A stretch of 64,000 bases of DNA from Dehalococcoidia bacterium (GTDB taxonomy: Bacteria; Chloroflexota; Dehalococcoidia; Lucifugimonadales; UBA3495). Shown here one piece after another: positions 8,926 to 17,261 of this stretch. Both the position numbers and the translations under genes were made by a program. Under the pieces are notes generated by a model. It had not been told where the DNA came from and did not search any database. It saw only the letters and a list, made by a program, of their open reading frames with translations. The stretch lies in contig OZ241860.1 in NCBI GenBank assembly GCA_965203195.1, positions 210,774 through 274,773 of the forward strand, read 5' to 3'. How positions within the stretch are numbered: position 1 is the stretch's first letter; the number at the start of each line of letters is the position of its first letter.

Positions 8926-9415
8926 CATCCCCCGACTGGCCGCCGGTTTTCCGCAGCAGCCGGATGCCGTCAATCCGCACCCCCCGGTCCACGGCTTTGC
9001 ACATATCATAGACCGTCAGCGCCGCCACGCTGACCGCCGTCAGCGCTTCCATCTCCACGCCCGTTTGCCCCGAAGTGGTCGCCGTGGCCGTAACGCGGAC
9101 CCGGCTGCCCGGTTCATCCAGAACCAGCGACACATCAACTTTGTTGAGGGGCAGCGGGTGGCACAGGGGAATCAGCTCCGCCGTCCGCTTGGCGCCCATA
9201 ATGCCGGCCAGTTGGGCGATGGTCAGCACATCGCCCTTTTTCATCAGCCCGTCGCGGATCAGCGCCAGCGTGGCCGGTTGCATTGCCACCTCGCCCGTGG
9301 CCGTCGCCATCCGGTCCGTAACGGGTTTCCAGCCCACGTCCACCATACGGGCGCTGCCGTCCTCGGCCAGATGGGTCAGGCGGTCGGCGGGCGGGACGGC
9401 GTTTCCAGTGGTCAT
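8912..9415 (-). CDS. moaC: Cyclic pyranopterin monophosphate synthase MoaC
   Basis: 167 aa. Contains [12 protein letters not shown]...[30 protein letters not shown]...[24 protein letters not shown], the canonical MoaC pattern. Confidence 0.9.
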   Translation of the reverse strand: MTTGNAVPPADRLTHLAEDGSARMVDVGWKPVTDRMATATGEVAMQPATLALIRDGLMKKGDVLTIAQLAGIMGAKRTAELIPLCHPLPLNKVDVSLVLDEPGSRVRVTATATTSGQTGVEMEALTAVSVAALTVYDMCKAVDRGVRIDGIRLLRKTGGQSGDVDLT

Positions 9416-9427
9416 AGCGTATCTCCC

Positions 9428-10444
9428 TTACCCGCCAATCTGGTACATTTCAACTTTGGGACGCGCCCCCGGGCCGGCCTCGGCAATGCCGGCCCGTTCC
9501 TCGGAGTAGCGGTCGCGGCGCCGGCCCCAGACGCCGGCGATGATGCTGCCCAGTTCGGCGTCCGACGCCCCCTGCCGCAGCGGCCCGCGCAAATCCACGC
9601 CGCCAGTGGCGAACAGGCAGGTGTAAAGCCGCCCGTCGGTGGACAGCCGCGCGCGGGTGCAGTCCGCGCAGAAGGGCTGCGTCACCGAGGCGATGACGCC
9701 GATTTCGCCATCGCCGTCGCGGTAACGCCACCGCCGGGCCACTTCGCCCGTATAGTTGGCTTCCGCCGCCTCCAGCGGCAGCTCGGCGTCAATCAGCGCC
9801 ACGATTTCGGCGGCGGACACCACTTCCGCCGGCCGCCAGCCGTTGCGGTTGCCCACATCCATATACTCAATAAAGCGGACAATCTGCCCCGTGCCTTTGA
9901 AATGGCGCGCCAGGTCAACGATGCTATGGTCGTTGACGCCCTTCTGCACTACGGCGTTGATCTTCACCGGGTTCAGCCCGGCGGCGGCCGCCCGGCCAAT
10001 GCCGTCCAGCACCCGCCGGGTTCCGAAACCCCGCCCGTTCATCGCCTTAAAGACGTCCTCGTCCAGCGAGTCCAGGCTCACGGTGACCCGGTGCAGCCCC
10101 GCCTCGGCCAGGGCCGGCGCCTGCTGCGCCAGCAGGTAGCCGTTGGTGGTCAGCGTAATGTCGTCCGCCCCGGGGATGGCGGCCAGCTGCCCGATGAGCC
10201 GGGACAGGTCCGCCCGCAGCAGCGGTTCCCCGCCGGTGATGCGCAGCTTGTTCACCCCCGCGCCCACGAACAGCCCCGCCAGCCGCGCGATTTCCTCAAA
10301 GGTGAGGATTTCCTCTTTGGGCAGAAATTGGTACGCCTCGCCGAAAATCTCCGCCGGCATACAATAGGGGCAGCGGAAATTGCAACGGTCGGTCACGGAA
10401 ATCCGCAAATCCCGCAGCGGGCGTCCCAACAGATCGGTAATCAT
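9428..10444 (-). CDS. moaA: GTP 3',8-cyclase MoaA (radical SAM)
   Basis: 338 aa with the CNFRCPYCMP radical-SAM cluster motif and a C-terminal CxxC cluster (FCADCTRARLSTDGRLYTCLF). Confidence 0.92.
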   Translation of the reverse strand: MITDLLGRPLRDLRISVTDRCNFRCPYCMPAEIFGEAYQFLPKEEILTFEEIARLAGLFVGAGVNKLRITGGEPLLRADLSRLIGQLAAIPGADDITLTTNGYLLAQQAPALAEAGLHRVTVSLDSLDEDVFKAMNGRGFGTRRVLDGIGRAAAAGLNPVKINAVVQKGVNDHSIVDLARHFKGTGQIVRFIEYMDVGNRNGWRPAEVVSAAEIVALIDAELPLEAAEANYTGEVARRWRYRDGDGEIGVIASVTQPFCADCTRARLSTDGRLYTCLFATGGVDLRGPLRQGASDAELGSIIAGVWGRRRDRYSEERAGIAEAGPGARPKVEMYQIGG

Positions 10445-11052
10445 AGTGCATCCAGAATGCGCCGGGCTTTGCGGGCGGCGTCCCCTCGGTGGCTGATGCG
10501 GTTCTTGGCGTCCACCGGCAACTGCGCCAGCGTCCGCCCGTACGATGGCAGGTAGAACACCGGGTCATAGCCAAAGCCGTGTTCGCCCGCCGGCTCGTAT
10601 TGTATCATCCCGGCCACGGAACCCACGAGGATAGCAATCCGGCACTGGCCGCCGCCGTGGGGCCGGGCAACTGCCGTAAAGCAGCGGAAACGGGCGATGC
10701 GCCGCGCCCAAGGCACGCCGTCCATGTTGTGGAGCAGCAGCGCCACCCGGTCAGCATCGGAGCGGCAGGCGTCTCCGCCATAGCGCGCCGAATACACGCC
10801 CGGCGCCCCGCCCAAAGCGTGCGCTTCCAGGCCGGAATCGTCGGAGAGCGTAAGACACCCGGACAGCCGGCAGTAGGTTGCCGCCTTCAGTCGCGCGTTC
10901 TCCGCAAAGGTGGCCCCCGTCTCCTCGACCTCGTCGGGAATGCCGGCCTCGTCCAGCGAAATCAGCCGGCCGGCGTAACCGCCCAGCAGCTCCCGGTACT
11001 CCCGCATCTTGCCCGCATTGCGGGTAGCGACCAACAAAGTGGGTGGCGGCAT
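10441..11052 (-). CDS. rdgB: RdgB/HAM1 non-canonical purine NTP pyrophosphatase
   Basis: 203 aa. LLVATRNAGKMREY...ETGATFAENARLKA...FGYDPVF is the characteristic family pattern. There is a 4-nt overlap with the moaA start. Confidence 0.88.
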   Translation of the reverse strand: MPPPTLLVATRNAGKMREYRELLGGYAGRLISLDEAGIPDEVEETGATFAENARLKAATYCRLSGCLTLSDDSGLEAHALGGAPGVYSARYGGDACRSDADRVALLLHNMDGVPWARRIARFRCFTAVARPHGGGQCRIAILVGSVAGMIQYEPAGEHGFGYDPVFYLPSYGRTLAQLPVDAKNRISHRGDAARKARRILDAL

Positions 11053-11114
11053 AGTCCAATGCTCCCCGGATAATTCCGATACTCCCCGGATAATTCCGTC
11101 CGGACAAACCCGCC

Positions 11115-12413
11115 CTAAACAACCCCGGCGGCCGCCAGGCCGGCCAGTTCGTCATCGTCCAGCCCCAGCCACCCGCCATACACGGCGGCGTTGTGCTGCC
11201 CCAGGGACGGCCCCATAGCGCGCAGTTCGCCGGGCGTGTCGCTGAATTTAGGCGCCAGCCCCGGCATCCGGGTCGGCCCCAGCTCCGGGTCGTCCAGCGC
11301 CACGATGTCGTTCCGTTCCTGGTAGTGGGGATCGTCCATAATGTCGGCGCTGTTATAGACCGGCCCGACCACGCCGCCGGCGGGTATCAGCTCGTCCATA
11401 ATATCAGCGGCGCTACGGCGCCCCAGCCAGGCTTGCAGGATTTCGTTGAGGGCGTCCTTGTGCTGCAAGCGGGCGGCGTTATCGGCAAACCGGGCGTCGG
11501 CCAGCAGTTCGTCCAGCCCCATAGCCCGCGCCAGTCCTTCCCAGGTGTTTTGAGAGGTTGCGGAGAGGCCCAGCCAGCGGCCGTCGGCGGTGCGGTACAG
11601 GCTGCGCGGCGCCGCGTCGGGAAAATCGTTGCCTACCCGCTCCCGAATTTCCCCCAGCTTGTCGTAGATGGCAAGATGCGGGATGCAGAGGCGAAAGAGC
11701 GGCTCAAAGAGACTCAGGTCAACTACCTGCCCGGCCCCCGGCAGCCCGGCGCGCCGGTCGGCGTCCCGGCGGTAAATCGCCATCATCCCCGCCATCGCTC
11801 CGAACACGCCGGCGATTTCGTCAGCCAGCGGCACCGGCGGCAGATTGGGCGGCGTGTCGGGGAAACCCGTCATGCCAATGTACCCGCTCATGCATTCCGC
11901 AATGGTGCCAAAACCGGGGCGGTCTTTATACGGCCCCGTCTGCCCGAACCCTGAAAAACGCAGCATGACCAGGCCCGGGTTGACCTCCGGGGCGCGCAAA
12001 TCGTCCGGCCCCAGCCCCCACCGTTCCAGAGTGCCGGGCCGGAACCCCTCAATCAGCGCATCGGCCTGCGCCGCCAGCCGCTTCAGCAAATCCCGCCCCT
12101 GCGGCGTCGCCATATTGAGCGTAACCGACTGCTTGTTGCGGGAGTGAACCTTCCACCACAGCGACACGCCCCGGTAAAAAGGCCCCCAGTTCCGCAGCGG
12201 ATCGCCCGCGCCGGGCCGTTCCACCTTGACCACCTCGGCGCCAAAATCGGCCATCAGCGACGACGCCGTGCCGCCGGCCACGATGATGGACAGGTCCAGA
12301 ACCTTCAGCCCCGCCAGGGGGCCGGCGGCCGGCGCGGCGCGGTCGGACGCCTCGGACACCGGATCCGGGGACAGAGAGGAGGCCGGGGATTCGCCGGCGG
12401 ATGGGTCAGTCAT
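11115..12413 (-). CDS. Family III (CaiB/BaiF) CoA-transferase
   Basis: 432 aa. LAGLKVLDLSIIVAGGTASSLMADFGAEVVKVERPGAGDPLRNW is the hallmark N-terminal motif. Confidence 0.88.
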   Translation of the reverse strand: MTDPSAGESPASSLSPDPVSEASDRAAPAAGPLAGLKVLDLSIIVAGGTASSLMADFGAEVVKVERPGAGDPLRNWGPFYRGVSLWWKVHSRNKQSVTLNMATPQGRDLLKRLAAQADALIEGFRPGTLERWGLGPDDLRAPEVNPGLVMLRFSGFGQTGPYKDRPGFGTIAECMSGYIGMTGFPDTPPNLPPVPLADEIAGVFGAMAGMMAIYRRDADRRAGLPGAGQVVDLSLFEPLFRLCIPHLAIYDKLGEIRERVGNDFPDAAPRSLYRTADGRWLGLSATSQNTWEGLARAMGLDELLADARFADNAARLQHKDALNEILQAWLGRRSAADIMDELIPAGGVVGPVYNSADIMDDPHYQERNDIVALDDPELGPTRMPGLAPKFSDTPGELRAMGPSLGQHNAAVYGGWLGLDDDELAGLAAAGVV

Positions 12414-12546
12414 TATGGCGGCCTCGACGCTGGTAGGCGGCCGGTTTCATCCGCACTGCCCCGCACTGCGGGCAGCGCCACTTTTCCTGCTTGTGCGGGC
12501 GATGGGCTTCAACCCGCATCTTGGAGCGGCAGCGACGGCAGCGCAT
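12406..12546 (-). CDS. Small (46 aa) zinc-ribbon protein, hypothetical; below the ORF-track size cut-off
   Basis: Hand translation gives MRCRRCRSKMRVEAHRPHKQEKWRCPQCGAVRMKPAAYQRRGRHND, with two CxxC pairs. Its TGA overlaps the ATG of the CoA-transferase (ATGACTGA), which suggests translational coupling. Confidence 0.4.
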   Translation of the reverse strand: MRCRRCRSKMRVEAHRPHKQEKWRCPQCGAVRMKPAAYQRRGRHND

Positions 12547-12656
12547 AGCGACAACGGACGATTGCGGCCGGGACAAACCGGGCAAAAGGAGAACGGGTTG
12601 GTTGATGAGGCAAAACCGGGCAAAGGGATGGCGGTTGCCGCCGGTTGGGGATGATA

Positions 12657-13547
12657 TTACGGCGCATCCCGCCCGGCGTCAAACCATTCCCCCGCCACCG
12701 CCAGCACATCGTCCGGGTATTCCATCGGCAGAAAATGGCTGCCCTTGCCCATCGGCATAACTGCGGCGCCGGCCACCAGCTCCCGGAACCGCCGGATGCC
12801 GGGGTTATCAATCCGCTGGCAACCGGGATAATCGGCCAGCAGCAGCAGCCAGTCGCCGGGCAGCCCCCGCAGGTAATCCGCAATCGGCAAATCATCCCGC
12901 ATCCCGTAAAAAGCGGCCTCCGTTTCGGGATGGCACTTCAGCTCCGCCCGCCCGTCGGCCAGCAGGCGGACGCCGCCATCGATAAAAGCCCGGAACGCCT
13001 CATCCTGCCAGTCCCGGAAAGCGGCGCGGTGGCGATAAGCGTCAAACATCGCCTCCCGGCTGGCCCAGACGGAACGCTTCATCCGGGTGCGTTCCGCGCG
13101 GCGCTGCAAATCCTGCCCCGGCGCGGTGGCCGGGTCATTGCCAACCCGCGTCTCCACCAGAACCGTCGGCCCGATGCTGCCGGGAGGCAGCGATGCGGCG
13201 GCGATAATCGTCGCCAGCCCGCCCGACGAATGTCCGATGACCCGCGGCTCTTTCAACCCCAGGGCGGCGATAATCGCCGCCAGGTCCTCGCCCGCGTACT
13301 CAAAACGATAGCCCTTGTCGGAGCGGTCCGTGTCCCCGTGTCCTCGCTGGTCAAAGGCCAGCACACGATAGCGCGCCGCCAGCCGCCGGGCGATGGGCTG
13401 CCAGGGCGCCGCGCACAGCCCGGTGGCGTGCAGCATCAGCAGCGGCGGGCCGGCCGCATCATCGCCCCACTCCAGATAGTGATGACGGATGCCGTTGGCG
13501 TGAACGAACCGGCTTACGCCGGCGCCGGGATGCGGATCGGTGGACAT
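12657..13547 (-). CDS. Alpha/beta-fold hydrolase
   Basis: 296 aa with the HG oxyanion region (LLMLHATG) and the nucleophile elbow VIGHSSGG. Confidence 0.8.
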   Translation of the reverse strand: MSTDPHPGAGVSRFVHANGIRHHYLEWGDDAAGPPLLMLHATGLCAAPWQPIARRLAARYRVLAFDQRGHGDTDRSDKGYRFEYAGEDLAAIIAALGLKEPRVIGHSSGGLATIIAAASLPPGSIGPTVLVETRVGNDPATAPGQDLQRRAERTRMKRSVWASREAMFDAYRHRAAFRDWQDEAFRAFIDGGVRLLADGRAELKCHPETEAAFYGMRDDLPIADYLRGLPGDWLLLLADYPGCQRIDNPGIRRFRELVAGAAVMPMGKGSHFLPMEYPDDVLAVAGEWFDAGRDAP

Positions 13548-13655
13548 AGCGCCATCCTAAAAAATCGCCGTCGTGTCGTATTTGCGCGCTTGTTACGCGC
13601 CCGTATTTGAGCGGCTACCCCCAGGCTGCCCTCGATTGACTGACGCGCGCCGGGG

Positions 13656-14657
13656 TTAATCCAGTTGCGCCCCGATGAATTGCGGGTAGCCCCGCAGAAA
13701 ATCGGCGGCGGCGGCCGGCCGCCGGCCGGCCAGCTGCAACCGGCGCACCGCCAGCAGCCCGTCCCCGGCGCCAATGACAATGCCGCCGCCGGTGCTATCG
13801 TCGCCGGTGCCGCCGGCCAATGCCACGCGGCCGGGGACAATATCGCCCCCGCCAATATCGTCCCTGCCGGGAATAGCGTCAACCTGCAACAGCTTGACCT
13901 CGGCGCCGTTCCAGCGGGCGTACAGCCCCGGCCAGGGCGTATAAGCCCGCTGCCGCCGCGCCAGCAGCGCCGCCGGCAGACGAAAATCAGCCCGGCCGTC
14001 GCTGCGCTCAATTTTGGCGCTGTAGGTCGCCAGGCGGCCAGCCTGCGGCACGGCGACCAGGGCGCCTGCCGCCCATTGCGGGATGATGTCATTGAGCAGA
14101 GCGGCGCCGTCGCTGAACAGGGCCGCAGTCAAAGTGGCGGCGTCATCCTCGGGAGCGATGCGCCGTTCCCGCCGGGCGATGACCGGCCCGGTGTCCATCC
14201 CCTCGTCCAGGAGCATCACACTGACGCCGGTGACCGCATCGCCGGCCAGCAGCGCGCCGGCGACGGGTGCCGGCCCCCGGTGGCGCGGCAGCAGGGACGG
14301 GTGCAGGTTGAGGCAGCCCAACCGGGGCCGGGCCAGAACGGATGGCGGCAGCAGCCGTCCGTAGGCGGCCACGACAATGAGGTCGGGCGCAAGGGCGGCC
14401 AGTTCCGCCACGGCGTCCGGGCTGCGTAGGCTTGGCGGCTGCCATACGGGGATGCCCAGAGCCAGGGCGCGCCGCTTGACGGGCGTCGCTTCCAGGGCTT
14501 GCCCCCGGCCCCGCCGCCGGTCGGGCGGCGTAACGGCGGCGACCAGCCCGATTCCGGGGTTGGCCGCCAGCGCGTCCAGCGCGGGGACGACAAAAGACGG
14601 CGTGCCGAAAAATACGGCGCGCCAGGGCGTAAAATTGGATGCGACAGGGGTTGACAA
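13656..14657 (-). CDS. fmt: Methionyl-tRNA formyltransferase
   Basis: 333 aa. Shows VFFGTPSFVVPALDAL, the NLHPSLLPRHRGPAPV (SLLP) motif, and a C-terminal OB-like domain. Confidence 0.9.
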   Translation of the reverse strand: MSTPVASNFTPWRAVFFGTPSFVVPALDALAANPGIGLVAAVTPPDRRRGRGQALEATPVKRRALALGIPVWQPPSLRSPDAVAELAALAPDLIVVAAYGRLLPPSVLARPRLGCLNLHPSLLPRHRGPAPVAGALLAGDAVTGVSVMLLDEGMDTGPVIARRERRIAPEDDAATLTAALFSDGAALLNDIIPQWAAGALVAVPQAGRLATYSAKIERSDGRADFRLPAALLARRQRAYTPWPGLYARWNGAEVKLLQVDAIPGRDDIGGGDIVPGRVALAGGTGDDSTGGGIVIGAGDGLLAVRRLQLAGRRPAAAADFLRGYPQFIGAQLD

Positions 14658-14751
14658 GGCGCTCTCCCGGCGGTAAATTATGGGTCAACCGCTTGCGCTT
14701 GCGGAATTTGAACAAGGAGGTGATGGCTAATGGAACACAGTTTAACACACT

Positions 14752-14873
14752 GGGGCGATGGTAGGCACCAGTCTGGACACGACGGGGTGAACGCCTCCTA
14801 GCGTCATCGCTTTCCAACACCAAACGGCATTCTGCCCGTCCGTCGGGCCCAGACCAGTGCCTACCGTCGCCCC
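14752..14873 (-). ncRNA. Candidate structured RNA: long imperfect hairpin (17 bp + 2x2 internal loop + 6 bp, plus inner helices); identity unknown
   Basis: Arm 14752-14776 pairs with arm 14849-14873, and inner pairs include GACGGG/CCCGTC and GAACGCC/GGCATTC. Mismatch positions become G-U wobbles mostly when read on the minus strand, so I call the strand as minus. It sits in the 455-nt divergent fmt/rpsP intergenic region. No SRP, RNase P or tmRNA signature was found. Confidence 0.35.
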
Positions 14874-15037
14874 ACGGGTCGTGGGAGCTCTCGGGCACAT
14901 CCAAAAGTCCAGTCTGGGCCCGATAACCTTTTTAAGGCACGCCGCCCTTCCGGCCGCCGCCCCGTTCCTCTACCGCCCGCCCCGCGTTGCCGGCCGATAG
15001 CACTAGCCCGCGCTACGCCCGCGCCCGGCGGCGGCGT

Positions 15038-15066
15038 TTGACAAATCCGGCGCTATTCCCTAAATT
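15038..15066 (+). promoter_or_regulatory. Sigma70-type promoter candidate for the rpsP operon
   Basis: TTGACA (15038-15043), a 17-nt spacer, then TAAATT (15061-15066). It lies about 47 nt upstream of the rpsP ATG. Confidence 0.45.
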
Positions 15067-15112
15067 GGAATATACCCTCATTTTCCGGCACGAACGGCTA
15101 CACGGAGTTGAA

Positions 15113-15391
15113 ATGCTACGGATCCGCCTGCGGCGCGTGGGCAAGAAAGGCCGCCCCTACTATCGCATCGTCGTCGCCGAGCAGCGCAGCCCCCGGGACG
15201 GGGCCTACATTGACGGCATCGGCCACTATGACCCCATGGCCGACCCGCCCGCGGTGACCCTGGACGAGCGGCGGGCGGTGGACTGGCTCCGCAAGGGCGC
15301 CCAGCCCTCGAATCCGGTGCGTCGCATCTTTGACTACCACGACGTCTTCAGCAAGGTTCGCCCGGGTGTCGCTGATGAAAGAACTGATTGA
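15113..15391 (+). CDS. rpsP: 30S ribosomal protein S16
   Basis: The internal ATG gives MLRIRLRRVGKKGRPYYRIVVAEQRSPRDG..., the canonical S16 N-terminus. Confidence 0.92.
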   Translation: MLRIRLRRVGKKGRPYYRIVVAEQRSPRDGAYIDGIGHYDPMADPPAVTLDERRAVDWLRKGAQPSNPVRRIFDYHDVFSKVRPGVADERTD

Positions 15392-15602
15392 GTTTATCGC
15401 CCGGTCGCTGACCTCCAACCCCGACGCGGTGCGGGTCACGAAGTCCGACGAGGGCGACCAGATCGTAATACGCCTGGAAGTGGCGCCCGAAGACAAGGGC
15501 AAAGTCATCGGGCGACAGGGCCGGGTGGCGCAGGCAATGCGCACGCTGCTCCGGGTGGCCGCCGTCAAGGACGGCACCCGCGCCGTGCTGGAGATTGTCT
15601 AA
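15375..15602 (+). CDS. KH-domain RNA-binding protein (YlqC/UPF0109 family)
   Basis: MKELIEFIARSLTSNPDAV...EDKGKVIGRQGRVAQAMRTLL contains the KH GxxG motif. Its position between rpsP and rimM is conserved. Confidence 0.85.
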   Translation: MKELIEFIARSLTSNPDAVRVTKSDEGDQIVIRLEVAPEDKGKVIGRQGRVAQAMRTLLRVAAVKDGTRAVLEIV

Positions 15603-15690
15603 ACGCCGCGGCAATGGACGCCGGCGTCGCACGCCAGCGTCCCCGCCACGCCGGCCGGATCCGCCGCCCGCCCCGGAAGCCCCGGCCGGG

Positions 15691-16179
15691 ATGGTGATTG
15701 TAGGCCGCATCGTCCGCAGTCACGGCATGGACGGCGCGTTGCGTATCCGGTCCCATTCCGACAACCCCGCCCGCTTCCTGGCCGGCAGCGTCCTTTCCGT
15801 AGCCGGGGAACCCCACACCGTAGCATCCTGCCAGCCACTGCCCGACAGCCACGCCCTGCTCCGTCTGGAGGGCATCGCAAATGCCCACGCTGCGCGCCGG
15901 CTGACCGGCCAGTGGCTGCTGGCCCCCGTTGACCCCGCTCCGGCGCTGCCGCCGGGCGAGTACTATCACTACCAGCTGGTGGGGCTGACGGTCATCACCG
16001 AGCAGGGCGAAAGGCTGGGCCGGGTGCAGGAAGTGCTGGTCACCGGCAGCAACGACGTCTATATCGTTAAATCCGATGACGGCGCCGAACTGTTGCTGCC
16101 GGCCATTACGCAGGTCGTCAAGGATATTGACCTGGCCGCCGGCCGGATGCTGGTGCGCCTGCTGGACGGCCTGCGGTAG
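15691..16179 (+). CDS. rimM: Ribosome maturation factor RimM
   Basis: MVIVGRIVRSHGMDGALRIRSHSD... plus a C-terminal PRC barrel. The track ORF starts at a TTG at 15595 and adds an Arg/Pro-rich extension, so the true start is uncertain. Confidence 0.85.
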   Translation: MVIVGRIVRSHGMDGALRIRSHSDNPARFLAGSVLSVAGEPHTVASCQPLPDSHALLRLEGIANAHAARRLTGQWLLAPVDPAPALPPGEYYHYQLVGLTVITEQGERLGRVQEVLVTGSNDVYIVKSDDGAELLLPAITQVVKDIDLAAGRMLVRLLDGLR

Positions 16180-16232
16180 CAACCCGGCCCGACCTGGCCG
16201 AAGCGTCCGGGCCATCCGGGTTGGAGTATGGC

Positions 16233-16712
16233 CTAATCGGCCGCCGCTGCCGTGTGCTGTTCCCCGTGGACGCGGTGATGCTCGGCCTCGTCGGCGAACT
16301 CGTGATTTTCACAGGCCACCCAGCGGGAGCCGTCCGCGAACCATTCCTTTTTCCAGATGGGAACGATGGTTTTGATGCGGTTGACGGCTTCGTGGCACGC
16401 CTCGAAGGCTTCCCGCCGGTGGGGCGACGCCACCGCCACCACCAGGCTGATGTGGCCCACATCCACCCGCCCGGTGCGGTGGGCAATGGCTATATCCTCA
16501 ATGCCGAAATCGGCGCGCAGGCTGTCGCGCACCTCGCCCAGCTTTCTGATAGCCATCGCGTCATAGGCTTCGTACTCCAGCCGGGTGACGCGCTTGCCGC
16601 CGAAGTTGTCGCGGGTAGCGCCCAGGAAGGTCACCACCGCGCCGTTGCCGTCCTGGCGCACGGAATCGGTGACGGCCACCGGGTCCAGGGGTTCGTCGGT
16701 GAGGATAATCAT
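16233..16712 (-). CDS. moaE: Molybdopterin synthase catalytic subunit MoaE
   Basis: 159 aa. GAVVTFLGATRDN...LEYEAYDAMA...IAIAHRTGRVDVGHISLVVAVASPHR...PIWKKE is the MoaE pattern. Confidence 0.88.
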   Translation of the reverse strand: MIILTDEPLDPVAVTDSVRQDGNGAVVTFLGATRDNFGGKRVTRLEYEAYDAMAIRKLGEVRDSLRADFGIEDIAIAHRTGRVDVGHISLVVAVASPHRREAFEACHEAVNRIKTIVPIWKKEWFADGSRWVACENHEFADEAEHHRVHGEQHTAAAAD

Positions 16713-16716
16713 CGGG

Positions 16717-16977
16717 TCAGCGACCTCCGCTCACGGGGGGAATCAGGCAAACTTCATCGCCGGCCTGTAGGGGCTGGTCGTCGTCCGCGTACTCGGCGTT
16801 GACGGCAACCACGATACGCACCTCCGGAGGCGCCAGGCGTGGGTAGGCGGCCCGCACCGCCGCCACCAGGTCGCCGACCAGGGCGCCATCGGGCAGGGTC
16901 ACCGCCACCACGGAGGCGCCGGCGCGTTCCCGGTAGAGGGCGAAAAGGCGGACTTCGAAGCGCATTGTACTCATCAC
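16717..16977 (-). CDS. moaD: MoaD/ThiS-family sulfur carrier (C-terminus ...PPVSGGR)
   Basis: 86 aa with a beta-grasp pattern (FALYRERAG...AVNAEY...GDEVCLIPPVSGG). It lies immediately upstream of moaE. One residue follows the Gly-Gly. Confidence 0.75.
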   Translation of the reverse strand: MMSTMRFEVRLFALYRERAGASVVAVTLPDGALVGDLVAAVRAAYPRLAPPEVRIVVAVNAEYADDDQPLQAGDEVCLIPPVSGGR

Positions 16978-17261
16978 ACCAAAGGATTATGGGCAAGGGT
17001 GTCAATTGCGAAAAAGCCGGTGCGCCGGTCGGGAACAGGTTTAGCCGACTTGCCGACCTGAACGGGGATAAAAGGCCGCTCTTGCTCAATTCCAACGCCC
17101 GGAGCCGGGCCGATTTTAGCGCCCCACCACGACTGGCGCAAACCGCCGGCGCCGGCGCATAATATCCCGCCGGCAGAACCGCCCGGCTACCCTACCCCCG
17201 CGCATTCCAAAACAACCGGAACCCCATACCTAGCGCCCGCCTGCTGCCCGGAGATGCCCCG

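Noticed and set aside
14752-14873. Calling the long hairpin an SRP (ffs) RNA because rpsP operons often follow ffh, or calling it 6S RNA.
   Set aside because: The apical region lacks the conserved GNAR tetraloop and the symmetric-loop sequence of SRP helix 8. 6S RNA cannot be diagnosed from sequence alone here. It is reported only as an unknown structured-RNA candidate.
16717-16977. MoaD ending in GGR rather than GG, taken as evidence for a novel processing system.
   Set aside because: C-terminal extensions of one or a few residues after the Gly-Gly are known in MoaD/ThiS-family carriers. No JAMM protease or other special partner is adjacent, so this is not notable on its own.
16978-17261. 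Moco riboswitch upstream of moaD-moaE.
   Set aside because: This is the expected location, but I could not recognise the conserved Moco-motif core in either the sequence or a convincing fold. Only a weak 4-bp hairpin plus a T-run is present.
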